A stretch of 64,000 nucleotides of DNA, taken from positions 45,136,001 through 45,200,000 of the forward strand of contig NC_043006.1 of the NCBI RefSeq assembly GCF_006345805.1, in the 5' to 3' direction. The notes under the pieces were generated by a model. It was given only the letters and a program-made list of their open reading frames with translations. It did not search any database and was not told the DNA's origin. Position 1 is the first letter of the stretch, and each line of letters starts with the position of its first letter. Made by a program: the position numbers and the translations under genes. The DNA comes from Octopus sinensis (Eukaryota). Positions 12,813 through 25,681 of this stretch are shown here, in pieces.

Positions 12813-13365
12813 GTGGAGGCGCGTGGCTTAGTTGGTTAGGGTGCCAGCATTATGATCGTAAGATTGTGGTTTCGATTCCTGGACCGAGCGACGCGTTGTG
12901 TTCTTGAGCAAAACACTTCATTTCACGTTGCTCCAGTCCACTCAGCTGGCAAAAATGAGTAACGCTGCGATGGACTGGCGTCCCGTCCAGCTGGGGAACT
13001 CATACGCCATAGAAAACGGGAAACCGGGCGCATGAGCCTGGCTAGGCTTTAAAAGGGTGCATTTATTAGTAGAGACGCAATGTCCCAGTGGTCAAGGCAG
13101 CGGACTCTCGGTCGAAGGATCCCAGACCGAGCGTTGTGTGTGTTTATTGAGCGAAAACACCTAAAAGTTCACGAATCTCCGGCAGGAGGATGTGGCGACC
13201 CCTGTTGTACTCTTTCACCACAACTTTCTCTCACTCTCTCTTCCTGTAACGCTGCGATGGACTGGCGTCCCGTCCAGTTAGTGGGGGAGGACACATACGC
13301 CACAGAAACCGGGAAACCGGGCCCACGAACCTGGCTAGGCTTGAAAAGGGCGAAAAAAAAATAAA
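12813..13365 (+). mobile_element. Head-to-tail dimer of two tRNA-derived SINEs with different heads and a shared tail, flanked by a 13-bp TSD
   Basis: ATTATAAACAAAC at 12800-12812 and 13366-13378; A box TGGCTTAGTTGG and B box GGTTTCGATTCC in unit 1; both units end in GCGATGGACTGGCGTCCCGTCCAG...GGCTAGGCTT. Confidence 0.85.
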
Positions 13366-13892
13366 ATTATAAACAAACCATTTGTGCAGGTCGTTCGGTA
13401 AAAGCTAAAAACTCATACGTTGTCCGTCGTAATTATTGTTATGCTGGTGGTTGTTGAGGTTGCTGTTGTTTTTTGTTCGGCATTTTCACGTCCTGAGTTC
13501 AAATCCCGCTGAGGTCAACCTCCCCATTCATGCTTTTGAGGACTAATCCACTCCCAACATAAGAATCATCGGCCTTGTGCCTAAATTAGAATCCATTCTT
13601 ATTATTACTATTTAAAAAGCTCTCACGAATGACCTCAGGGCTTATGATTTCAAGAATTCAAGTTCATGTTTTCTCAAATTAACTTTAATAGGTTAGTTGC
13701 TCGACTCAATGCTGTTGCTGCTGCTACTGGTGCTGCTACTGCTGCTATTGTTATTTGCAGGAAATGCACGTGACACGAAATTTGATAATATCGCTCATCC
13801 TTCTTTAATCTCTCTGGAGGACATGAGCAATAAAATTACTTCCTATTATCTAAGTGTCAGAACTTGTAGCTCTGACTGAAACTATGTGCATA

Positions 13893-13934
<42 letters not shown>

Positions 13935-14032
13935 TGTGTGTGTGTGTGTGCGTGTGTGCGTGTGTGTGTGGGTGTGTAATTGCGTGTGTGTACATGCAAG
14001 TATACATTTATATACATATATATGTATACATT

Positions 14033-14064
<32 letters not shown>

Positions 14065-14066
14065 TA

Positions 14067-14110
<44 letters not shown>

Positions 14111-14210
14111 GTATGTGTCTATGTATATCTTTATTCCCTGTATCTGTCTAGTTATCTATCTACGGATCAATATGTCTATCTATCTATCTATCTATCTATT
14201 TATCTGTCTG

Positions 14211-14266
<56 letters not shown>

Positions 14267-14358
14267 CAGACAGATAGGCGATGGTATAGATATACAAATA
14301 CAGATACAAACATACATCGATCTTGAAAGGATGGACTTGGTGCAAACATAACTGTATC

Positions 14359-14389
<31 letters not shown>

Positions 14390-14732
14390 ATTAATAGGAA
14401 TTTTTATTGACTTTTATAGCTTTATAATTTTATGAACTGAACCATGGTTTTAATTATTATTTTTCATCTCCCTATGTGTTAGTTTTTTTTTTTTTTTTTA
14501 AACTATTAGCCAAATATGTATAATAACTGTGCTTATTAATATTAATATATACACTGATATATATTTTGTTTTATTTTGTTCTGTTTACCTTGCATTATTG
14601 TACCAATGAGTATTATATTATATAAGTGTAGCATTATGAAGTTTATGCATAAGTTTTTATATTTTACATTTTTATATTTTTATATTTATATGTATATGGA
14701 TAAATAATTTTTTTCACAATTATAACATATTT

Positions 14733-14850
14733 AATTCTCTGAAGAGGCCGTGGGGCATCCTTGTTAATGCCTCATTTATACCTGCCTTTATGGCTTATAG
14801 GTTAAATGAGGTATGACTGCCCTCGCTGCCGAAACAGCTGTCAGATTTGA
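14733..14850 (+). ncRNA. Type I hammerhead ribozyme with a long stem II
   Basis: CUGAAGA 14739-14745; stem II closes with GGC/GCC; GAAA 14831-14834; palindromic stem III ACAGCUGU; GUC cleavage triplet 14840-14842; short stem I UCU/AGA. Confidence 0.8.
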
Positions 14851-15027
14851 TTTAATTACATATTATATTTGAAATTTATACTTATATCTCTTTGTCTATT
14901 TACAATTACTGTATATTTTGTATAATGCCTTTACTGATATGTAATGGTGTAATAAAGTATTGATTGGGTATCATCTGATAGTTGATGTTTTATTGATTTA
15001 AGTATGTTTCTCCATTTTCTAATTTTG

Positions 15028-15068
<41 letters not shown>

Positions 15069-15319
15069 CAGCTATGCGCAATATAAAACAATAAAGGAAA
15101 AATATAATCATTACTAATTGTGACTGAATAGCGCCTATATTGCTAGAAATATCAGTTATAACCCTTAAACTGGCATAAGCGCACATTTATATACACTGAC
15201 AGGGGAGGTAACCGACCTTATATATGTATGGGTTTTAAACATTCATTGAAACATTTTTCTTCTCTCTAATTAGAATGAGAATCTCTACTAGTCGAAATTT
15301 TCCATTCCCTGTATTGCGT

Positions 15320-15760
15320 ATAAGATGATTCTGTGATATTGAACCCTCGTGAGGAGCCTGGTACGTGAAGACTATTTGGAACTTTATTCTTTACAGTCTA
15401 GTTATTGTCTCCGTAGAGAAGAATTCTCTCTACACATGACCGTAGGAAGGCCAGTTGCAAATCACTTAATTGCTAGTAGTTTTGAATCATACCATAGGCA
15501 TTCTAGTTGTCCCTTGCGTATCAGAATGCTTTATTACTGCCAGAAACATAGTACCCCCGGTATTTGACGTTACTGACTTCCTTGGGTGATGTACCATCGT
15601 TGGAACAAAACAGCCCGTGCACGAAACCCAGAATAAAAGATTTTGTAGACATACTCCACCCATCTCTGCAATTGCTACTCGACGCAGGGTATATGTTTCT
15701 GGTAAGAGCTATTATACTGAACAACAGACAATATCAGTTATATTTTGGACTCTCCGGCAC
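15320..15760 (-). pseudogene. Highly decayed RTE-like LINE RT fragment
   Basis: VSNVKYRGYYVS...LAFLRSCVERILLYGDNN*T resembles the RTE-type motifs FKYLGS and VESILLYGSEtWT. Confidence 0.5.
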
Positions 15761-16516
15761 CACGTTTGGGAGACGAAGACGATTTAACTGCCATTCTGAT
15801 TATTGGCAGGAATACATAACACGAAATTGAAGACATAGTAAAGCTTATAGGAACAGAGATTCCTAGCGCGGCGTACTGGAACGCATTTCGTTCACGTCCG
15901 TTTGAAGATATTATCATATGTCAGAATTTATCGTATGCTTATTTTTATGTATAAGTATGTGTACGTGTGTGTGTGTGTGTGTGTGTGTAACGGATTTCCA
16001 GTGTTGGTGCATTTTTGTTGGAGGTGTATTATCGATTACATCGAGCCAATATTGACCCAGTGTCTGTGTTTTTCCCTCCCTGCATCGCTTGACAACCGAT
16101 GCGGGTGTGTTTACGTACCCGTAACCTAGCGGTTTGACAAAAGAGACCGATAGAATAAGTACTAGCCTTACAAAGAAGAAGTCCTGGGGTCGATTTGCTC
16201 GACTAGAGGCGGTGCTCCAGCACGGCCGCAGTCAATTGACTGAAACAAATAAAATAATAAAAGAATAAAAGAAAAAAATTTCATTTCGTCGACCAACAGA
16301 ATGAACATCTATATTGCATTTGAACTTCGGCCGCACTAAAACTGATACCCTTTCAAACTTAATGAGTGGGGTGAGAGAATCCTTGTGCTGATTGGTGGAA
16401 CGCATTTCCATCGGGGCCGCTTGAAGAAAAAGGTACTGCCTTAGGAGATTCTACTGTAAAAACAGCAAGAGATATCTGGTCCAACACAATAACGTTTCTG
16501 AAAAATCCACTCCCCT

Positions 16517-17289
16517 TACTCTTTTACTTGTTTCAGTCATTTGACTGTGGCCATGCTGGAGCACCGCCTTTAGTCGAGCAAATCGACCCCAAGACTTATT
16601 CTTTGGAAGCCTAGTGCTTATTCCATCGGTCTCTTTTTGCCGAATCGCTAAGTTACGGGAACGTTAACACACCAGCATCGGAGGACAAACACAGACACAC
16701 AAACACATACATATATACGACGGGCTTCTTTCAGTTTCCGCCTACCAAATACACTCACAAGGCTTTGGTCGGCCCGAGGCTATAGTAGAAGACACTTGCC
16801 CAAGGAACTACGCCTATGTATATGAAAAATGAAAAATGAATAATTATAGTGCAGATATGAAGAATATACGTCGTCAAAATATTTTATATCGTATTTTAAT
16901 GTATTCAACATATTAAATATCACTCCACGTCAGCCTATTCGTGTATGGAAATATAATATAATTACTGAGACAATGCATTTGAATGCTACTGTATCTCCAC
17001 CATCAATAATAACAGATTAAATATATTTATTCCTGAAAGTTTTATAAATATATGTGTGTGTGTGTAATCGAAAGAAGATTAACTATAACTCTTTTACTTG
17101 TTTCAGTCATTTGACTGTGGCCATGCTGGAGCACCGCCTTGAGTCGAGCAAATCGACCCCGGGACTTATTATTTGTAAACCTAGTACTTATTCTATCGGT
17201 CTCTTTTGCCGAACCGCTAATTTACGGGGACGTAAACACACCACCATCGGTTGTCAAGCGATGTTAGGGGGACAAACACAAACACATAA

Positions 17290-17344
<55 letters not shown>

Positions 17345-17519
17345 TACATATATATACGACAGGCTTCTTTCAGTTTCCGTCTACCAAATCCACTCACAAG
17401 GCTTTGGTCGGCCCGAGGCTATAGTAGAAGACACTTGCCCAAGGTACCACGCAGTGGGAATGAACTCTGAACCATGTGGTTGGTAAGTAAGCTACTTACC
17501 ATACAGCCATTCCTGCGCC
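16517..17519 (-). mobile_element. Two family B tRNA-derived SINE copies (about 16517-16806 partial; about 17088-17519 full)
   Basis: Head GGCTGTATGGTAAGTAGCTT..GGTTCAG; internal (CA)/(TA) tract; tail GGCGGTGCTCCAGCATGGCCACAGTCAAATGACTGAAACAAGTAAAAGAG. Confidence 0.9.
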
Positions 17520-19453
17520 TTTCATAATAATAAACTATAATAATCTTTTCTAATTATTATATTAGAATTTTATTTTGAGTCACCAATCGTTAGAGGAGGG
17601 GGTTAGTGAAACTAAAGCTCAATAAAACCGGTGATCTGATTACAACTGTATGAGAGAAAAGAGCTACTGAATGGAAACGACGGTGGAGTAAAGAGCTGGA
17701 ATGAGAGTCACAATGTATTTTTCAGACTCTCTAACGATTCTGCCAATGTACCAACCTTAATAATTGTTTCTAACATAGGTAAGGGACTGAAATCTGAGAA
17801 GGGGTTTAGTCAATGCCATACAGTTCACATCATGACTAGCAGTTTATTTTATTAACAGCTGAGGGATGAAAGACATTATTTGAACTCAGAGCTGGAACAA
17901 ATGTTACAAAGTAATTTTCCGACGTTTTAGCGATTCTGCTCACCTTTACCAACAGAATAACGGTCAACGAAAGATAATTACTAGCACTTATCTGTCTAAT
18001 AATCCTTATCAAATATGTGATGAACGCACTTCAATATGCAAAATATAGAAGGCAGCAACTTTTGTTTGTTTGTTTTTATAGCCGCGCTGACAATCTCCCC
18101 AACAGAAAGATATCTTTTTTTTTCTTATATGCATGCATACCTTTCTGTCTGTCTGTCTGTTTGTATGTATGCATGCACCATATATGCTTGTTTTCTCTTT
18201 TTAGTTTAGAGTAAATTTTCCCCGTTCACCTACAATGTAATAAAGTTGTAAAGGAAAGCATCTTTTTTAAACAGCATCCTTAAAATCTGTGGCAAAGGGG
18301 ATGTTGGTTAATGCGGGGTACCTATTTGAATGAGTGCGTGTCAGAAGGCTAGTAACATTTAAATATATTTTTGCATAAAATGCACAATAAATACCAGGAG
18401 ACAATGTTTCCTTTTGGTTAACAAACCTCAGAATTTATTCTGGAGCAATCAAGATATTACCGGAGCTTTGCAGGTAAGCCTTCCCGATAATCGGGAAGGA
18501 ATCAAGTATTCATTCATTAATAATTGTTCAATCTGTGTATATATATATATATAGATATCAGCCTTCCCGTCAATCGGGAGCCGTAAACAAATGTTCATTC
18601 CTTAGTATTGTACCTTAAACCATCTGCTACTACCTGTTGTTAGGCTGATACTAACAACATGAACTGTGAACCAAATTCCATTGTTATTTCTCTGATCAGC
18701 ACCTTTTATGCCTCACGAACACACAGACACAAAAACATGCTAACACTTACAAACTTCCAACCAACATGATTGTAAAATATGTAAAATAAATAATGTATAT
18801 ATCTCAAAAAGAAATCTTGTTGTCAATCCACTTGTGTTCTATTGCCGCTGTATGTATTGTATGGTCAGTAATATTTCATTAAGAATATGACCACGTGCGA
18901 CCGTGTCTCTTGCACGATACGACCGCATGTGATTCTATTTTTATAGTATATTCCTATGAGTTAGGAATTTTAAAAATCAGTGCATTAAGGTAGAAGTCCT
19001 TCCGTCGACGAGTGCTAATTTCTAATCAAAGTCCTGCCAGGCCGAAGCTCATATAACCTGCTTACCATGTCCACTCAACTGGACTACTGGCCTTTCTTTT
19101 TAAAACTCACGCTTCACTGCCCGGGCCGCGTGTATTCTTCCGCGGCCAACAGTGATTGGTTAGTTTAGGCAAAACGACTGAATTAAGCTACCATCGCAAA
19201 GTAGTGCTAATATGACTTGTTACAAATCTTAAGAAGGTCTTGCAGATTTTTATAGTTCCAATTATCATTTGTAGCATACGTATGTATGTTCTCTTCTGGG
19301 GTTTTTTTTTTAGAGTAAATTTTGACCGGCAGCCTACTTGGCAGTCATCATCCTTTAAACGTTAAGAAGGCCTTGCGGGATTTTATAGTCCTAGATCTCG
19401 TGATCATTTGTAACGTATGAATGCGCTCTCTCCCCAAGATCCAAAATCCAACC

Positions 19454-19980
19454 ATATTTTGTTCCAGACCTATGTATGTATGTATGTATGTATGTATGTA
19501 TGTAGTATGTATGTATGTATGTATGTAATATGCGTGTACGTATGTATGTATGTATGTATATAAGTATGTATGTATGTATATATGTGTGTATGTATGCATG
19601 CATGCCTGTATGTATGTGTGTATATGTAAGTATTTATGTATGTATGTATGTGTGTATGTATGTATGTGTGTAAGCATGTATTTATGCATATGTGTGTGTA
19701 TGCATGTGTGTACATATTTATGATGTGTGTGTGTATGTATGTGAGTATGTATGTGTGTAAGTATGTATTTATGTCTATATATGTGTGTATGTATGTGTGT
19801 ATATGTATGCATGTGTGTATATGTATGTGTGTGTATGTATGCATGCCTGCATGTATGTATGTATGCATGTATGTATGTATGTATGTATGTATGTATGTAT
19901 GCATGCATGTATGTATGTATGCATGCATTTATGTATGTGTGTTTGCATACATGTATGCATGAATGTGTGTATGTATGTAA
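19454..19980. repeat. Degenerate (TATG)n/(TG)n tract
   Basis: Directly visible; source of many His/Thr/Tyr or Val/Cys/Met ORFs. Confidence 0.95.
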
Positions 19981-20447
19981 CCACTTGCACGTTTGGATTA
20001 GTTTAAGAAATCCATATCAGAGCATTTCCAAATCTGTAAGTTTTAATACTAGCAGCAGCAAGGGGAAAAATTTATATAAATCGATGATCCAGAATACTTT
20101 AGATGGGCGATTTCATCTCTTTTCTTGTTTGTTGGTGAAATAATCTGCTTCCCTTTATTTTTATGTTCTAGTTCTACTAACCTAAACATCGAAGATATTT
20201 CAAATTGCATTGAAACTCCTTTCTTTATTCCCGATTTTAAAATGATTCCAGGATATGTGACCAAAAGAAACGTACGAAAACGCAATTTTTCCGATATCGA
20301 AACTATGTTGAAACTGTGGAGCCGATGTTGAAACTATGAAGATAAAAGTGAGCTATTCTTCCAAAGAATTTACTCGACTAAAGGCGGTGCTCCAGCATGG
20401 CCACAGTCAAATGACTGAAACAAATAAAATATTAAAAGAGAATATAT

Positions 20448-20530
<83 letters not shown>

Positions 20531-20562
20531 ATATACATACACGTGTATGTATGCGTTTTATT

Positions 20563-20774
20563 CTTTTACTTGTTTCAGTTATTTGACTGCGACCATGTTG
20601 GAGCACCGTCTTTAATCGAACCAATCGACCCCAGGACTTATTCTTTGTAAGCCTAGTACTTATTATCGATATCTTTTGCCGAACCGCTAGGTTACGAGGA
20701 CGTAAGCACACCAACATCGCTTGCCAAGCGATGGTGGAGGACAAACACAGACACACAACTATATACATACATAC

Positions 20775-20823
<49 letters not shown>

Positions 20824-20980
20824 CGACAGGCTTCTTTCAGTTTCTGTCTACAAATCAACTTACAAGGCTTTGGTCGGCCCGAGGCTATAATAGAAAACAC
20901 TTGCCCAAGGTGCCACGCACTGGGACTGAACCCGGAACCATGTGGTTGGTAAGCAGGCTACTTACTACACAGCCACTTCT
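20563..20980 (-). mobile_element. Family B SINE, near full length
   Basis: Same head, body and tail as 17088-17519; further copies at about 27340-27670 (-), 33131-33522 (+) and 47872-48340 (-). Confidence 0.88.
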
Positions 20981-21147
20981 GTAAAATATTTCATGGTTCA
21001 CGACGTAACACAAGAAATAGAGAAAGAAAAATTATACAACAAAAGTGCATGTGTGAAATTGAATTGAGAGAAAATAGAAATAGAGATGCTGAAGAATATG
21101 ATAACGAAAAAGAGAAAGGGAAAACAGCAGAAATTATGGGAAGGCGG

Positions 21148-21185
<38 letters not shown>

Positions 21186-23619
21186 TGATGAAAGATTCGT
21201 TGATGGAATTAACATGATTAGCACAATAAGAAACAGATTGATGAAGAAAGCTTGTATTTATAAAGTGAATTAGTGGTTATATAGGCAACTGGTCGAATAG
21301 TGAGTGAAAGAAAACGGAAATTTAAGGAAATAAGAGATGAATATATATACAGGTGACTGTTGAAGAAAGAGAAGTATAAAGAAACACATATGCTGACGAT
21401 ACAAGAAGACGAGCTGCAAGCTACTTAAAATAAGAAAATAAAATAAAATGCTGCACAGGATACAATAAATGAATTCCGAGTTCTTTGCTCTGTAATAAGA
21501 AAGATACATGTTAGTTTTCTACCAATTTCCAATATCTCTGCGAAATGCATCTGAAATACCTTTGATAACTAATAGAACTTCAAAGTCTTCCGAAAAGATA
21601 AAAGAATTTCAAAGAAAATACACTTGTAACATTGCAATATATTCAGTCTGCAAGCAATATTGTAGAATATACTTCTTTAACATACTTGGTAAGAACATTT
21701 TGAAATTAGCTTAATTCTTAGAATTCAACGAGTTAGTAAATGAACACGTTTTGAAGAATTTTTCGTGGTTACATAACCAAAACTATCCAGATTCCCTAGA
21801 ATGTAATTTAGTATATTCTACTCTTGACTACAGTTCTTAAAAGCTTATAGTGACTTTATTTTTCAACCTCCAAACATGCTATGAAAGAGATATAGTGCTT
21901 CTTTCTCCGGTGTCTAAAAGAATATATGTGTTGCGTATGCCTGCTCTTAAATGTACGATCTTTAAAATCTGAATAAATTCACTGAGATATGCCTTGTATA
22001 CTATGATTAGCACAGTATACAAACTCTTCTTGAAGCATAAGCCATCAAATGGTTGCGAATTGATTTTGATACAATTGCATAGTGGTTGGTTATATGACAG
22101 AAGACTATTTCTGTAATTTCTTTTGTTGGTGTCAGAAATAATATTTGTGTTGTTGCTAACAGAGCCGTAGTTAACTTTCAGAAAGTTCTTGTTAAAGACT
22201 TTTGGTGTCTATGACCAATAAGGAAGATTAATGCATGTGGTGTTTTGCTTGTGCTTTTTGTAGCTTTGCGGGAAGTTACAAGGTTGTTCAAATTATATTT
22301 CCTCGTCGAAGTTACTCTCTTTCAAAACATTATAAGAGTAGGATCATAACTCTTTATAAAATTCTTCATCTGAAGAAATACTAGAAGTGCGACAGCTAAT
22401 GCTCTTCATTAAATTTTAGCGCCAACATAATGGTGACTGAACGACTTAATAATATATACCAATTTTTCGTTTGGTTTCTGATGACGGCAACGTTTACATG
22501 TGTTTAACTATAATATGTAAAATATTCCCTTTGCTGATGTTGGTACCAATTATTATAACTACATTTGTAAGTTCTTTGCTAACTATACCTACCTAACGAC
22601 CGTTCGTATGAAAATTCGCTGGCCATCATCCCAATAATATAAAAATCGACAAGGTGAATTTTCTATGGAAGATAGTCGGGAATATATCCTACTAGCTCGC
22701 TAACCTCAGCCCCATCATATGAACCCTTAATCAAACAGCTTGTCACTATTAAACCCAAACACTGTTTTCAAAAAATAGGAGAAACATCCTGACATGCATA
22801 ACAAAAATCTTTTCTGTTATAGACACAAGGGCAGAAACTTGGAGGGCGAATGAGGTTAGTCGATTTCATCGACCCTCAGTACTCAATTTGATACTTATTT
22901 CATCGACCCCAAAAGGATGAAAGGCAAAGTCGACCTCGGCGGAATATGAACTCAGAACATAAAGACGGACGAAATATTACTGAACATTTTGTCCGGTATG
23001 CCAACGATTTTGCCAGCTTATACAGGATAATAATAAAATCACTAATGAAAATAATACACTTGCCAAATGACATATTTAAAGAAAGCTTTTAAATGGGAAT
23101 CAATGTTTTTTAAACTCAAATTCCGCCGATGTCGACTTTGCCGTCCATCCTTTCGGGGTCGATAAAAAAGTACCAGTTGAATACTGAGATCGATGTAATT
23201 GATTAGCGCTCTTCCTCAAATGTTCAGGCCTTGTGCCTATATTAGAAAGGATTATTATCATAAATGCCGGCATGTCTCTACAATTTTTGAAAACAGTGCT
23301 TGCGTCTAATAGCATCAAGCTGCTTGATGTCGTTATGGACTCGTATGGTGGGCCTGAGGTTTGCAAGTTAGTGGGATTATAAAGAAAAAATTAATAAACT
23401 TATTGATTACAACGGAACTCACTTTTCATAAAAACAAATTCATAGTTTCATTAACTTGCATCTATTATATGTTTACCAAATATACCTATTTGCCCATCAC
23501 TGATTAAAACTCTAACACTTGGTCTTTAAATGGGATTTGGGGTCTACATGGCCCTAAATGTTCAGGTTTTTGTGTACTTTAACTTTATGGTTAATGTATG
23601 GCTTTCTTTCTAGTAAGAC

Positions 23620-24111
23620 AATATTCCTCACCGACAACCAAGCACAACAAACTCTACAACACCCATAACGTCAACGTCAGCCACTTCTTCCTAGACAACA
23701 TCGCATTTCAGATCACATACTACAAACGAAAAAATACAACCATACCTCAGTGATCATCTAAACCTTAGATCAAATACCTAACCCTCCTACGTTCCACCAC
23801 GGAGAGGACATTATCGTTCCAAAGCGGCAATATGTCGAATATTTATAAGATATCGAAAGGATTTACACGGGAATTACTGTAAACACTTTCAAAAGACTTT
23901 ATTACTAGTATTACTTATTCAGATCAACGTATATGGAAAGCTGCATATCTTTATCCGAATTTGGATACTCAGAGACCAAGAATGAAGCGCATACAATAAC
24001 ATGGAACATCGTCCCTAAAGCCATCTTAAATGGATCGTTAAAGACCAGGTTCCACATAATTGAAAAGCTTCCGATACTAAAACAACCAGTGATCTCGCTA
24101 AACTGGAGATG
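23620..24111 (+). pseudogene. Second, strongly decayed Penelope-like remnant (GIY-YIG region of a different lineage)
   Basis: KHNKLYNTHNVNVS.. upstream; 23861-24111 reads IYTGITVNTFKRLYY*..SLSEF..HTITWNIVPKA..EKLPIL..SLNWR*, matching the PLE endonuclease layout Y.G.T..FK.R..LS..I.W.I..EK..LN.R. Confidence 0.55.
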
Positions 24112-24432
24112 AAACATAGCTAATGTTATTATAGGTAGAAATTTCTCTTGCATGGTTACCACATGCCTGAAATTCTTACATATACCGATTCAAACCTATA
24201 GCAATCAGCTCTAATAAATGTCGCAGAGTACTTGCCCTTTTATGGCAACGGGTCTGGACTAGGTGGTTTCCCTTGCACCGTAACAGTTCAGCTAACAATA
24301 TTTCTGACCTGACCAATAGTTTACCACTTGACCCTCCTAACTAATGACAATCGGTTTAGTTGCTCCGTTACTGCACTGTTTCAACCATTGTGAAACTCTG
24401 AGTAGTAATGGAATGACTCCTTGAATGATATC

Positions 24433-24476
<44 letters not shown>

Positions 24477-24583
24477 TGTGTGTGTGTCTGTGTGTGTGTG
24501 TGTGCGTGCGTGCGTGTGTGCGTGCGTGTGTGTGTGTGCGTGTGTGTGTGTATGTGTGTTTGTGTGTGTTGTGTGTGTGTGTG

Positions 24584-24639
<56 letters not shown>

Positions 24640-25496
24640 ATGCATAAACATTTGTACACATATATACGTATGTATATGCATATATATATATAGTAGCGCG
24701 GAGTGTAGTAAGCCTAATGCACGCCCAGCTTTCATCGATAGGAAACTGCTTAAATTTTTGCTATATTTGTTGGGTCTTTTTAACTTTTTTTTTTTTTGCT
24801 TTACATTTCCAGATCCAAACGTTTTATAAGTTTTTGTTTTAAAAACCACCGTTCAGATGCATTCTGCTAACTATATAAAGTTACATTAAAAAGACACAAT
24901 AACACGGGTAGAAATTATACGCTGTGTCGATGTTTAATGCTGTTTGCATACAAAAGAAAATCTCTAGTATATATAATTTCAAAGTAATTGTATTTTTTTC
25001 AATCCTCTCTTTTATTTCGCTCCTACGCTATATAACTAACTATTCTCATATATAACAGATCGCTTTAAAATTGGTTCCTTCGTTTAATGTATATTTCCCA
25101 CTAATACAACATGACCTGCAATACAAAAGAATGTTGACATTTTGGCTAGGCTTAAATGAAAGAATAAAATAAACATAAAACATAAGTTCAAATAGAAATT
25201 AGTTTAAATAGGATATCTTTCGTATCGAGACCATTCACAAAAAAAAAAACAATAAATAAATAAAATAACAACAGTGTCAACCGATAGAAAAATCTGGTAG
25301 AGGATCTATTGAAAAAAGAAATAGGGTCAGAAAATAATATCAGGTTGACGTATAAGCTATTGAAGATAATAGCGGCTTATGTAATAAATTTGGCAGTGAG
25401 GTTACTGTTAAAAATGTCAGCCGACAGATAGTGAAGAAGCTGTTTTATATAATAAATGAGATGAAAGTGTTTTATATACATATAGATAGATGGATG

Positions 25497-25570
<74 letters not shown>

Positions 25571-25620
25571 CAGACCGACAGACAGACTGACGGACGGATG
25601 GATGGATGGATGGATGGATG

Positions 25621-25681
<61 letters not shown>

